Origin: Takakia lepidozioides
Taxonomy: Eukaryota > Plantae > Bryophyta
Assembly: GCA_030704615.1 (NCBI GenBank)
Contig: CM060734.1
Span: forward strand, 20,088,001-20,152,000
Direction of reading: 5' to 3'
DNA length: 64,000 nucleotides
Below are positions 10,076-22,583 of this stretch, one piece after another. The notes below the pieces were generated by a model, which saw nothing but the letters and a program-made list of their open reading frames with translations, did no database searches and was not told the origin of the DNA. Every line of letters begins with the position of its first letter. Within the stretch, counting starts at the first letter, position 1. The translations under genes and the position numbers were made by a program.

Positions 10076-13000
10076 CATTCTTTCTATACCCTTTTTTTTT
10101 AAGCACTATAACTACTTCCACGACAATAGGACCCTTTCTAAACAGAGGACTCGGGTATGGGGCCTGCTTCTTCCTCCACTAAACCCTAGGCTCACGCTTA
10201 GAGGGCAAAGTGTGAGCCGAGCTCCTGGGCTCACGCGGCTAGGCTCACGCCGTAGCTGCACTCCCAAATAGCCTCATTTGCTGCTTGTGTAATGGACATG
10301 TACTCAGCTTCTGTTGATGACAACGCTGTTGCAACTTGTCGTTTGCTAGACCAAGATACAGCTCCACCTGCTAGGAGAAAACAATGGCATGAAGTTGATT
10401 TTCTACTATCAACGTCTCCTGCCCAGTCAGCATCAGCAAACCCCAACAAACTTGGATCTTCCACTCTCTTGTAGAGTAGACCAGAGGTTGATGTCCTCTT
10501 AGATATCGAAATATCCTCTTCACTGCTTTCCAATGGGTTTGTCCGGGATTTGAAAGAAATTGTGAGACCACTCCCACTAAATGTGTAATGTCTGGCCTAG
10601 TACAAACCATGCAATACATCAAACTGTCGACTGCACTTTGATAAGGAGTTTTCCTCATATCCTCTTGCTCTTCTTGAGTCTTAGGTGCCATATCTTTCGT
10701 AAGTTTCAAACCAACTTCGAGAGGAGTTGATGTTGGCTTACTCATCTCCAACTTAAACCTTTGTAGAATTGTCTCAATGTATTGTCGTTGATACTGTATG
10801 GTTCACTCGATCTCTGCTGATTTGAATACCAAGACAGAATGGAATCTCACCCATGTCAGTCATGGCAAACTCAACACTCAACAGTGCTTTGGTTTCTGGC
10901 AACAACCTTTGACGATCGTTGGTGACAATGATTGTGTCATCCACATATAAAGCTATGACCACAAATTGCTCGCCCATCTTTTTCACATAGATGTTTGTGT
11001 CAGCAATGCTTCGCTCAAATCTTGCCTTTAAGAGGTAAGCATCGATCCTGACATACCAAGCTCGAGGACTTTGTTTGAGTCCATACAAACTCTTTTGCAG
11101 CTTACACACAATATCACTTTCTCCTTGTACAAACCCTTTAGGTTGTCTCATGTAGATCTCTTCTTGTAGTTCTCCATTCAGAAATGCGGTCTTAACATCC
11201 ATTTGATGAACTTCGTGATCATTTGAGTTGCAAGAGCTAACAACACTCTGATAGAAGAAATCTTCACCACTGGTGAGAAGGTTTCATTGTAATCCACTCC
11301 TTGAATTTGTGCATAGCCTTTAGTTACAAGACGAGCTTTGTACCGGTAAATAGATCCATCAGTTTTGTACTTCAACTTGAAGATCCACTTGCAACCAATG
11401 GCTCTTCGTCCTGCAGGCAACCTAGTGAGTGTCCATGCTTTGTTTTGCATCAATGAATCCAACTCTGAGTTGATTGCTTCTTCCCATTGTAGTTTGTCTG
11501 GAGAGCGCATCGCTTCCTCATACGTAGAAGACTCAACCACTTGTGATGCTTCTTCCATAGCTTCAATGACACTCATAGATGTAATCAGCCTACTAGGAGT
11601 TTTTCTTTCCCGCTGAGATCTCCTTAGAATTGGCACATCTTCAACTTCATCTCTAGAGTCCATATTAACAAATGGTTCACCAACTTTGACTCTTTGATCA
11701 ACTCCATCAAGTTGAACACCTCCATCATTTGCTTCAGCCATCTCTTGTATTGGCTCCTCATAAGACTCATCTTGGAAATGGTGTAATGGTTCTAAGCTCA
11801 TTCCCATGTCATCTTCTCCCACTACCAAAGAGGGTATGAAGCCTTCATCAAACACTACGTCCCTACTGTGTTTGACAGCCTTAGTTGTCTTATTGAACAA
11901 CTTATATCCCTTCACACCTTCTGTGTAGCCAATGAAGATGCATCTTTCTGATTTGGAGTCAAGTTTCCTTTGCTTCTGAGTAGGGATATAGACATATGTA
12001 CGACATCCAAAAATCCTACAATGAGCCACACTAGGCTTCTGACCACTCCATACCTCTTCTGGTGTTTTTCCCAAGACCGATTTGGTAGATATTCTGTTGT
12101 GAAGATATGCTGCAGTGCCAACAGCTTATGCCCAAAAATGATTTGAAAGATTCACTTCTTTCAACATACTCCTTGTAGATTCGTGTAGTGATCTATCCAT
12201 CCGCTCAGCTACACCATTCTGCTCAGGTGTATATGGAACAATAAGTTGTCGAGCTATTCTATTCTCTTGACAAAACTGATTGAAATCTTTTGAGATGTAT
12301 TCACCACCATTGTCAGATCTCAAAATCTTAAGAGGCTTTCCAGTTTGTTATTCTGCAAGTACTTTGAACTCCTTGAATTTCTCTAGCACTTGACTTTTCT
12401 GCCTTAGGAAATTCACCACAACCCTCCTTGACAAATCATCAATGAATGTCACAAAGTACCTTGCTCCTCCAAGTGATGTGGTTTGCATTGGCCCACACAC
12501 ATCAGAATGTACAATCTCCAATATACTTGTGGCTCTTCGTCTACCATCCTTAGGAAATTGACCTCGATGTTGCTTCCCTTCCAAGCAACCTTTGCATAGA
12601 CGCATATCGCTCATCTCTTTCAATGGTAGTCCTTCCACAAGATGGCTTGAGAGTTGCATTTGTCTCAACTTCTTAATGCTCACATGACCTAACCTTTTAT
12701 GCCACAACTCACACATGGTTCTGTCTAGTAGTGGCTGAGAGAGACACAACAAATAGAATAGCGTTCCTCTGATGAGTAGCTATGTTCCCTTGACCCTCTC
12801 TGTTGTACTCATCTGCAATGCGCTTTCTATAATCCTTGATCATGTGACCAAGTTTCTTGCAATAAAAGCACCTTACTTTGGCCTTTTTGATCTTTGAGCT
12901 AGATTGAGGTTTCTGAAACCTCTAGGACTTCTGAAACATATGTGAAGAGAGTCTTCTATTCAAGACTACTCCAGTCTTGCCTGTGAACAAAGCTTTGTCT

Positions 13001-15599
13001 ACCTCTGTAGACGTACCTTGACATTTTCTTCTTGTTTCTTCTTTGAGGAGAAGTCTTATGACAACATCAATAGTTAAGTTGGTTTGTCCTGCTAGAGACA
13101 CCACAAAACCATCATAGGATTCATGTAAGGTTGCCAATAACACCACTGTGGCGTGTTCATCAGTCACATTAGTTCCCACAGAGACTAGTTGATCTCGCAA
13201 CACACAAAATAAATTCAATTGTTGTTCAACTGAGTCTGACTTGGTCATCTTCAGACCATAGAACTTTTGCGTCGCATAAACTTGCGATGTGACATCCTTC
13301 GTCTCATATATGCTTGCTAGCTTGTCCCAAACATCCTTAGCATTCTTAGCACTTATAATGAGATGCAACTGATTGTCTCTCAAGCTTGTGATGATGCTAG
13401 CTCTTGCTTTCTGATCTTTCCTATCCCATATGGCTTGGCCAACAATAATGTCAGGTCTTGGGACTGATCCATCAACCACTCCAAATACGACCCCCATTCA
13501 TGACACCTCAAAATTTGATTGTGATTAGGTCAACAAATTCAGTATGAGATCAAGGGTGGTATGGCTGGTGGCAAAATTTGCAGGTATGTCATCATTTGTC
13601 TTGGTTGTTTTTGTGAGGTCTGACCGTCAGAAGTCCACATGTTCCTCTTATTTGATGCATGTATGATGTCGAGGGCTACAGGCATGGTATTTCACCTCAC
13701 CAGATTGGAAATCAGTGTTAACCTATTTTGGGGCCAAAGGGACGTGCGGCAAAACCCTTTGGCCCCCTTATTGAAGCGGGCTGTTTTGGTGCCAAATTTC
13801 TTATATTGGCCACCCCAAAGTTTGAGTTTGGGATTAATGGGATGCTTTCTTGTGTTGAGATGGGGAAAAAGATTGGGATTCGGCCAGGAATAATTACAAG
13901 ATGAGCAGTTACAATTGTGTACCTATTGTCTTGAAATCGTAATTGCGCGACACCTTTTTCAGTCGTCCTGTCACACGGTGTCCTCAAATCAACAGATTGT
14001 GCTTGACCCTGCATAATGCACAGAAAATTGAGCTGCAGTTTTCAGTGTCCAGAGGCCTGATTGGTGTGGGGAAAACCGTGGACCCCACATTGACACGTGC
14101 AGACCGGCTGGTTGGCTGGGTTGAAGGGGAGGTCAGAGGGCTGCCTGAAGTGTATGTTGAGCTTGAGGTAGTGCCCCCTCCTTCTTTGCAGTCTGTTGTC
14201 AGCTAGCTTTTAAGACCATGCAAAGGTTGTAGTGAGTCCATGTTTATAGCTCATTAGTTGGGAGTGTAAGATAATTTGATGTGAAGATTATGAAGCCCGT
14301 CAGAGGGATGAGGGATGATTAGCCGAATCCCTCTCTCGGGTGATTTGTCTCGGGAGTCCACATCATTCTTTTCCTCCTTTGGCTGTTGGGAATGCAAACC
14401 AAGGGCACAGAGAAGCAAGGCAAGGTGTCCAAGCTGATTAACTTAGGCTCCATGCCCGTTAACATTTGCACCAGCAAAGGAGAGAATGTAGCCCTTAGAA
14501 CAATTGAAAAGGATTGGCATTTGATAGGATGGAGCCGAATTAAGTTGGGTGCCCATGCTTGATATCCTGACTGCTATATAATGAAGGGCTGACTTAGACA
14601 GAAGCACACATAAAGAGAGAATTGAAGATCGTTCTGAGAGAGAGCAATCACAGACATCTGTCCAAACTTGTGAAATAAAGAGAGATAGTGACAATGTAGA
14701 TAGGAAGGGTGTTGCTGGGCAGCTAGGTGGCAATGGCAAGCATAGTGGTAGATTATCATAGTATTAATTTGCGATTGGGCCTGCCTTCTGGTGGGTATTC
14801 AGTGTTGCCGAAAATTTTGCTCCTCCTATATATCCTGTTTTTAACTTCATAGTTGCATGGTGCATGGAATATCCTCTCATCTGCCCCTCTTGCAATACCC
14901 ATCATAAGCTTGTGAGGCAGGGGGTGCCCTTCAGAGTGCAAGTGGTCCTCTTCAACCCTCCTTGCAATGACTGATGTCTCTCTCTTTGTCTTCTCCTTTT
15001 TCTCTTGCCAAAAGTGAAATTACATGATAGATCGCTTTGGCCTCTCACACCAGCTGGAATGTTTCATGAACTGCAGTCCATTGTCTACTCCGCCTTAGTT
15101 TGTATGAAGTGAGAGATGCCACCATCTTGAAGGAATGAATTTATGTACACAATATCCATCTCCACCACAAAGGCAGGCAATTGAATTCACAAAACCTGCA
15201 AAATTTCAAACAAAGCATGGGATGGGGCAGGGAATGCCACAAATCCGGAGGTGATGGTCAGATAATTCAGCACAGGAATGTGTGAATTTCATTTCATCCC
15301 CATTGCCCCAAGAGCAATAAGACAAGAGTCATAATGCACCAATCTGGTGAACACCATAGCAACTTTACTGTGACCTAAAACTCTGGGCACAGATACAAGT
15401 TAAAAACCCAGCTCAAGAAATGGGCCATAAGAGTGTGCCAAGGCAACTGCAGCAGATGAAAATGACCTACAGTATAGTGTGAGCTGACTTCCACAGCAGT
15501 GCCCTCCAGGAGGTTCCCTGAGGATTCTCGGACCTGCCCTGGACTCGAGCCCTCAAATGTAACTCCTGGGGCAGGTGCTTTACTCTATCCTACATACAA

Positions 15600-16603
15600 T
15601 CTCAATCATCATATCACTGGATGCAATTCCGGGTTTGATATTTGAACGAAGCTCTTTGAAAGCTTGAATGAAGTTTGAACAGATGCAAAAGAGATGCATC
15701 TCGCTTCTCATTACTCCACGCATGAGTGGGCAATGATGGCAGAGCTCCAGACTCCAGACAAGCACAGCAGCGTTGCCAGACACACACGTTGGCACGCTAT
15801 ATTGACGCTTTTCTACTCTCTCATTCGGGAGGGGATTGTGAGCTCACAGTTAAGAGAAGCTTATTTTAGCAGATATTATATTGATGCCCTCTTCAGGCTT
15901 ACAATCTTTCTCCATAGATTGCAGGCCCTTCCACCCAAAGGGCTAGTGGCAAGGGCCCTCACAACATCTATGAGGCTCAAAGCTGCAGGTTTCAGGAACT
16001 CCTTGGTATGCTCGAGTGGACAGTTTATTTCAACGTAACGGACTTTCTACTGCTTTCCTATTTACCAATGAACCCAGATGAGGTGGACATCACATCCAGA
16101 CATGACCGTAACAGACTCATTCGGAGAGAGCTTATGGAATTACATGTCAAGAGAACTTGGATGTTGAGACCAAATTACCTTTCAGCATCTCCTTCCCTCT
16201 TGAGGGCATTGGGGCGGTTCAGGGTGGGTTCCCACAACCTACGGATAGAGACTGGCAGATGGGAAAACCTGCAACGGGAGGACCGCCTATGTCCAGCTTG
16301 CATAGGGCGCAGCAAGGAAATTGAAACTGAAGAACACTTCTTCTTCTACTGCCCTCTGTACTACGAGATCCGTGGGAGATTTCACTGTTTATTCAGTGGA
16401 ACCCAAACTCTCACTGATGTCTTTCACTATGAGGATCAAAAATGCGTGGCAGCCTACCTACACGAGGCCTTCACCCTTAGACAATCGCTAGAACATTAAT
16501 TGTGGTTTCTGGATTTGTTCCTCTCTCATGTTTTCTTCCATTTTGTCCCATAAGCTGTACGAGCTTTCCGCGGACGTTATAAAGCACCATTTTATTTCAT
16601 TTC
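15600..16603 (+). mobile_element. 5'-truncated non-LTR retrotransposon (RTE/RTE-X-like LINE 3' end)
   Basis: ORF 16008-16499 has FRVGSHNLRIETGRW...RLCPAC...ETEEHFFFYCPLY, the C-terminal zinc finger downstream of LINE RT. The 3' UTR ends in CATTT-type repeats. The 5' boundary is approximate. Confidence 0.8.
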
Positions 16604-19600
16604 GTCCTGCTCCGAACTTCTGGCAACCTCCTTTCTGTTTCGATCCCACTTCTCGTTCTAGCTCTCTCTAGAGATCTGTTCTCTTGTATTTTTATCAGCT
16701 CTCTACAAACCTGTGAAGGGTCACTCCCCCTTTTGCTCAGTACAACTGTCCTGGACTTATCCACTTGTCCCTATATACAGGTTCTTCAGGTTGCATTTCA
16801 ACATTGATTCTTCTTCGAGCTGGCATAGACTATCTCGAGCTAGTAGTGCATATCTTATATGTCCTTCCTCTTTCTTGCTCTCTGTTTGTATCTCTTCCAT
16901 GCGTACTTGATGGGTTCTAATGTCTGAGTAGTTGTTCGAGCTAATAGTGAATCTCTCTCTCTTTTCTCTTTATGCTCTCTGTCTGTATCTCTTCCATGTG
17001 TACTTGTCTCTCTACATGGGTTCTAATTTGAGTAGTTGTTTGTCGAAAACTCAGACACACTCAGGTTCGTCCATAGTATAATTTAGCTTCTGTCTATTCC
17101 TCTCCCTTCTTTCTCGCTGAGCCGAAATGAGTGTGAAAACTGTGAGCCCTGGCTCGGCTGTGACCAAGGGAGACAACTTTACGACCTACATTATACCCCA
17201 TGAGGTCGACGATCATGTAGCTTACAACATGCCCCGGCCCAAACTAGGGCGGGCGATGGGGGCCTTTCGCCATCTAGTACTGTTGTGCTCTCGTCCATGC
17301 TTTCATCAGTCCGTGCTGGATTCCGACCGGGAAGACTCCAAGTTTACTCTTCCACAATGTGAATTAGCGAATGTGAAGAGCCTTGCAGTCAAAGAGACGG
17401 ACTCTGAAGACTGGAGGTTAAGATTGGAGATGCAGGTGATCAAAACTCAACTCGAATCTCCATAGAATGTTTTTCAATTCCAAAAGAGCCTGGGCTAAAT
17501 GGGATGGCTTTGGGGCTCCAGCATATCTAATTCTACGTTCATTCTACACCATATTCCTGGGAAGCAAACCGCCTGGGCAGAAAAATGACACAAATACAGT
17601 TTTATACAGTGTTGCTCAATCACCAATGTGAGCCATGACATGCAAGAGTTGTAACCTGCCAGGCTAATCTCGGCGATCCCTTTTATGGGATGTACAAGTA
17701 GTTATGCTCCTATGAAGGTAGCCATCAGTTGGGCAAGGGCTCTTCATCAGAGAGATAAGACTGGCGTAAGAGGGGATGCAGGTCAATGCACCAGAGTCCA
17801 GCTTGGGTATCATTCACACAATCTTGGAACTTGGGTCACTTTAATTGAATGCAGTAATTTGCTAGCATGGGGAGGAGGAGTTAGATTTATGCAGTCCCAT
17901 CCATCACATGTGGAATTTTCCGAGCTCAGACAAACCTTGCATCCAACTCAAATTCATTTAATCATCTGAAGTAAGTCGAAGCTTCTGCTGAGTTCGTGTA
18001 CATCATGGCACTCCTGCGTAATCGCACTTTGCCTGACGCGGTGCTTGCGGCTTGCAGGCAGTGCTACGCCAGCTTGAAGTGCGATGGCAGCTCTTCGGTG
18101 AAGCACTTTCGAAATTTGGGGACCTTGAGGCCATGCTCGCCGTTTGTACGGGTATCCTTCAAATTCTAATTCTTTCCATGCGTGCATTGCCCTCTTCTGG
18201 AACAAACTACACTGCACATGTCATGTCTGCTACATGATTAAAATAGTTGTTGTCCGATTTTCTTGCAAGAAAGGTAAGAATTTGACAACCATGTTCTGGC
18301 CTCCTTCTGGCTGCGCAGATGATGTTAGATGGAGGGCTCACGATAGGATGGGTACGAAGGATTCCCAGCTATCGGAAGATCTACAGTCTCTCATTGCCAA
18401 GAAGCTGTCAATGGATGTCACGATAGACGAGTCACTCAGCTATTGCCGTCGGCTGTCTTGGGCTCAACGCTCCACAGAGATGGAAACTGGGGGCAATTAC
18501 AGCCCAGTGACAGGGTCAAGGCAGAAGCCTCACTGGAGATTTTGCTCAGAAGTGGAGATACAGGGAACCAGGCGGGCTTGGGATGGCTAAGGGGCGACCG
18601 GCTTTGCGTTTTGGAAGATGATACCTACACTCTTTGTGACCAAAAGGTAACAACAAACTCTTGACATATCCGATTTGCATTCCTCTTATGAATTCAAGCA
18701 GATTTGCATTTCTTTTTGCCTCTCTCTGGGTCATCACGTTTGTTATATGACAAGTTTCTCGACATGTCCCGGCCGCCGAAGTGTGGCACATGCAGTTGGA
18801 GGATCTTCCCTTAATTTTCAAATGCAAAGAAGGTTGTGAATGCAAGAGAGAAATCCAATGTACACGTGTACTCTTGTAAATATGGACTGGCACTACCTTT
18901 CAAGGCATTCCTTGAGAATATCAACCTTTGTGGTTGAGTTTTACCCATCTCTATGTGATACTCAGCAGCAATTTCTCTATTGCATTGTTGTACATACATG
19001 GCAACCCAGTTACTGGGATCTAAGGTATCATGTGTGGGTTCTTTAGTTGGACTGCCAGTCGCACTGGAGGCTCTATAAGGCGTACTGTAGCTGTAGCTTA
19101 GCAGAGCAAAGAAAGGGGAGACTGAACAGAAGGAAAATGGGTAGGAATTCAAAACTGTCTATGGCTCCGCGGATGAAGAAGCATAACAGATGGAAGGGGC
19201 AACCAAGTTGCTTTGCTTCGTGAACAACCCAATACTTCTTGCCTTGACAACTGTATCTTTGTCAGTCATGAGCAGTCTCCAAATCGATAGCAGAGACCAG
19301 TCGCACACATGTGGGAGACATGCTCTTTTGTCAGCTTGTCACAGATTGGCTACCTACGCTGAAAGAGGAGGTAGAGACCAGAAGTCCATTTGTTCATGGG
19401 ACTGACTGGCAAGCGGAGAGCCAATACTCTAACATGGGAGTTCTGGTGATGGAAACTTTCAGAGAGCCCATATTTTTTCCATACATGAAGCTCAGGTTTT
19501 TACTGCATTCCTATGTGAGTATGTCATATGGTACTGAGGGGGGCATTGGCTTCTGGACCACAGGGAGAAATTGTGGAGGAAGGCAAGCAAGTTGTGATAT

Positions 19601-20523
19601 GGCAGCAACACAATGCAACCTGGTACATCCAGGGATGTGTGACATATCCCTTCAACAGCTCATCCTAACAAGATACACACAGACCCTCCTAACTCTCTTA
19701 CAATTATCACAGGGATATGAAAGTGGAAAAGTACTCGAATCTACAAATTTTCAGTGTCTTCTTACCGTAGATTTTGTGGATGACAGGTGAGAAATTGCTA
19801 CAGAAGACTGACTTTTATGGCCGGTTGCTGTAGAAATTGTTCTGCACACTTGTTAAGTGATGGACTTATGTCAAGTTGTGATAATACACGAGTTTCAACT
19901 TTCAACCTCACCAAATGTTTCCCACCTTGTATACCTCTTTAGGCTTCTAGAGATGGTTTTGGTGACATTTCTGTTACAAAACTGATTTGTATTGCACAAA
20001 TAGAGATGGATCCTCAGTGGTGTACTGATAGCTTAATCAGCAGTTGCATCAGGAGTTTAATGAAGTATGAGGTGCCAAGATTTCTGCAGCATTACACACC
20101 AATAGCCACCTGCCCATGTTCTTTACTAGTTTATAGGAAGATCCTCTTATGATAATAAGTGTCCACAATTCCACAGCTTGATTAGGGACACGGGGAAAGA
20201 TATAATCCTCGGTTGCATCAGAATCAGTAAACGGAATGTAACTATGCCACCTCTTGCAAGCCACGAAATCTGTAGATTAGAAGCAAGCAAAAGGCAGCTA
20301 AACATAGCTTCATCTTTGAAAATCATGACAAAGGCAAAGTGGCTAGACATAGAGAGATCAGGAGCAAGCACCGAAGCTGAATCACAATACAAACATCCAC
20401 TCCTCAATGGTAAAGGGTGACAACTCTAGAGAGCTTTAAAACAATGGAAATCATTGGGGGCCAAGATCTCAACCTTATGACTTAAACCCATGGATTGATT
20501 GCACACTGAAGCTACTAGAAAGG

Positions 20524-21736
20524 TTAAAACTCAATGATAATGCGCTTTGGTAGCTTCTTTTGAGACCAGTCCCACCGAAAGCCCATCCCATATCCATACC
20601 CATACCCTAGGCCTACTCCACACCCTGCCCCAACACCAAAGAGTATTCTGAATACACTCGAAGGTGTTGCTCCAACACCAGCCCCCCCTACAAGCACAAA
20701 CACACAACGCTCACTGTTATTGCACTGCCTTCTCCTCTCCTTCCACGCTCCCCTGCGAGCTTCGAAGCAATACCACTCATGACAATGGTACATTACTGGT
20801 TGACAGATTGCCAGAAACCGCATGGTGACGTGCGCTATCAAGGGTCTATTAAAGTTTTGCAGTTTCTATTCCACCACCACATGAAATTATCCTATGCCAC
20901 ACAAGTGACCCAAAGCAAGACTAAGACTTCTCTGAGGGTGGCTTATACCGTTACTAAAAGCTGATACAGCTACACAAGGAGCTCTCATCCTAAACACCTC
21001 CAGTAACTCTGGTGTTAAAACTCCAGTTCACCAGTTCATGCACACAAATGGGGAAACTGTGTCTAAAGTTTGCTATCAGACTTTTTTGGGTCTCTCAATG
21101 AGGAAATGAGATCAGTAAGCATTAGCTGTAGCTCAACTACAATTTCCTTTCCTCCACCATAAACACATGATCTGGGGAGACAAAAAGAGCTCGATTTTTC
21201 GGAAAGAGGTAACTTTGCTGAGCATTACCTGGCATTTTGCCCATTTATAGGGTCAAGCAATAGCACAAAAAAAGTGGTGTAAACATACCTTCCCAAGGAA
21301 ACTGCAAGTCTGATATCCCTCTTGACTCAGCTGACAAAAATAACACGTCCAACTCATGATCAACAACTGATCTGGCAAGGTGAAACTTACCTGTCAGCCC
21401 TACTCCAATGCCGACGCCACAGCCAACGCCCAGGGCACCTCCAGGTCCCCAATGTATAGACTTATTCTTACCACTGTAATCCCTGTATATTCTGATCCCG
21501 CTCATCTTCTTAACCTCCTTTTGGCCTGTGGTCGAGTTCCACAAGTTGGTCACTTGGCTAAGCCCTCCGTCTTTCTCAGATTGGATTTTGCCTGTGGTCT
21601 CATTCCACAAAGGAGCCACTTGAGACAGCCAGCCCATATCCCCATTCTCCTTCTCTGGTTCCTTCTCCTCAACTCGGTCACCACCTCCCCGTTCCCCTCC
21701 CAGCAAGTTGTGAGCAGCGAGACTTCCGATCGCCAT
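20524..21736 (-). CDS. Small glycine-rich putative membrane protein (TGD5/AS8-like Gly-hydrophobic repeat type), 2 exons: 21736-21391 and 20687-20524
   Basis: Splicing the GT-AG intron joins GPGGALGVGCGVGIGVGLTG to GAGVG...FGVGAGCGVGLGYGYGYGMGFRWD in frame, giving about 170 aa. Confidence 0.7.
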
Positions 21737-22520
21737 CTCCCCAGTTCTCTAACAGTGAAATTTGGTCTTCTTATACTGTGCCATTGCAAGAACCATTGGC
21801 CCCCAGGTTTATCCACATTTCAAATCATCTCCCTTACTGTCCAGCTGAATTAGATCCCCCCTAAAATTGGGTCCCACATCCCACAAAATAAATGCTTCAC
21901 CAAGCTATAGCCTTTCCACTCCAAGACGGGTCAACCATACATTGTCCCCTGCTCTCTCACTTCCTTCTCTCACATGTACACATAACACGGGGAGACCTCC
22001 ACTGGCTTACTTCAAAATCACCAATACTCATAACTACCACAAATCCCTCAGATTGAACACTCCCGAAATATGCAACTGACAAGCACAGAAGTATGAAACG
22101 AAATGTCTTGGAATGTTTCGAAGTTCAATTCTACGCCCTGGTAGATTAAGATTTCAGAGTGCATTTCGCTACAATCTGGATTCTTTTGAGCAGACATGCT
22201 CGGTACTCTTCTAGACACTTCTACAGTGCGAAACACCATAGCAACTCCATTTCCCTGAGATCTCGCTTCAATTCTCTCGTCCGAGAAAGAGTGAAAGTGA
22301 TAACCAGAACCTGTTATCTCTCTGCCACTTGGCATTGTTCCACCTTGTACGTACAGCTTTGCCATCACTAAGACAAACACGTGTTCTCTCTCTACTAGCT
22401 GCGACCTACTCCACTGGCCCCCGCAGTGCATGCGGTACGGATAACAGATGGATGAATGTTCTCAGGGGTAAGCCAGCTTGATACGTTCATCCCACACCCG
22501 CCACGTCAGACGGCACCAGG

Positions 22521-22535
22521 CTGGCACGTGGCCAG
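22521..22535. promoter_or_regulatory. G-box/ABRE-like element upstream of HMT
   Basis: GGCACGTGGC about 55 bp upstream of the HMT ATG, with a second CCACGTCA at 22501, in the divergent intergenic region. Confidence 0.3.
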
Positions 22536-22583
22536 CATGTCGTTCATGCATCTCACGAGGCAGCAGGCAGTGCAGAGGCCGGG

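Larger units (their letters stand above)
5831..10263. mobile_element. Mutator-like (MULE-type) DNA transposon, internally deleted, with 9-bp TSD
   Basis: CCAAATAGC is duplicated at 5822-5830 and 10264-10272. Removing the insert restores Copia RNase H (ANEAIW-LRKLLGDL). Imperfect TIRs are AGGGGATGCTAGAGTGTGAGCCTAGCCATGTGAGCCCAGGAGC and, reverse-complemented, GAGTGCAGCTACGGCGTGAGCCTAGCCGCGTGAGCCCAGGAGC. A SWIM finger lies inside; no DDE core is visible. Confidence 0.85.
5191..13497 (-). mobile_element. Ty1/Copia LTR retrotransposon, degenerate, 5' LTR missing, interrupted by a DNA transposon
   Basis: Domain order is gag (12922-13497), CFYCKKLGH zinc knuckle (~12835-12870), LWHKRLGH and integrase (HSDVCGP, RSDNGGEY), RT (MDVKTAFLNG, LYGLKQSPR, LYVDD), RNase H (DADWAGD...SSTEAEY; CDNQSAIAL...TKHI), PPT and 3' LTR. 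Contains several stops and frameshifts. Confidence 0.95.

Noticed and set aside
22310-22366. MAKLYVQ on the minus strand, resembling the plant ORM/ORMDL N-terminus
   Set aside because: Similarity stops after 7 residues, with no following DLNxNTEWF motif. Likely chance or a 5' UTR exon.
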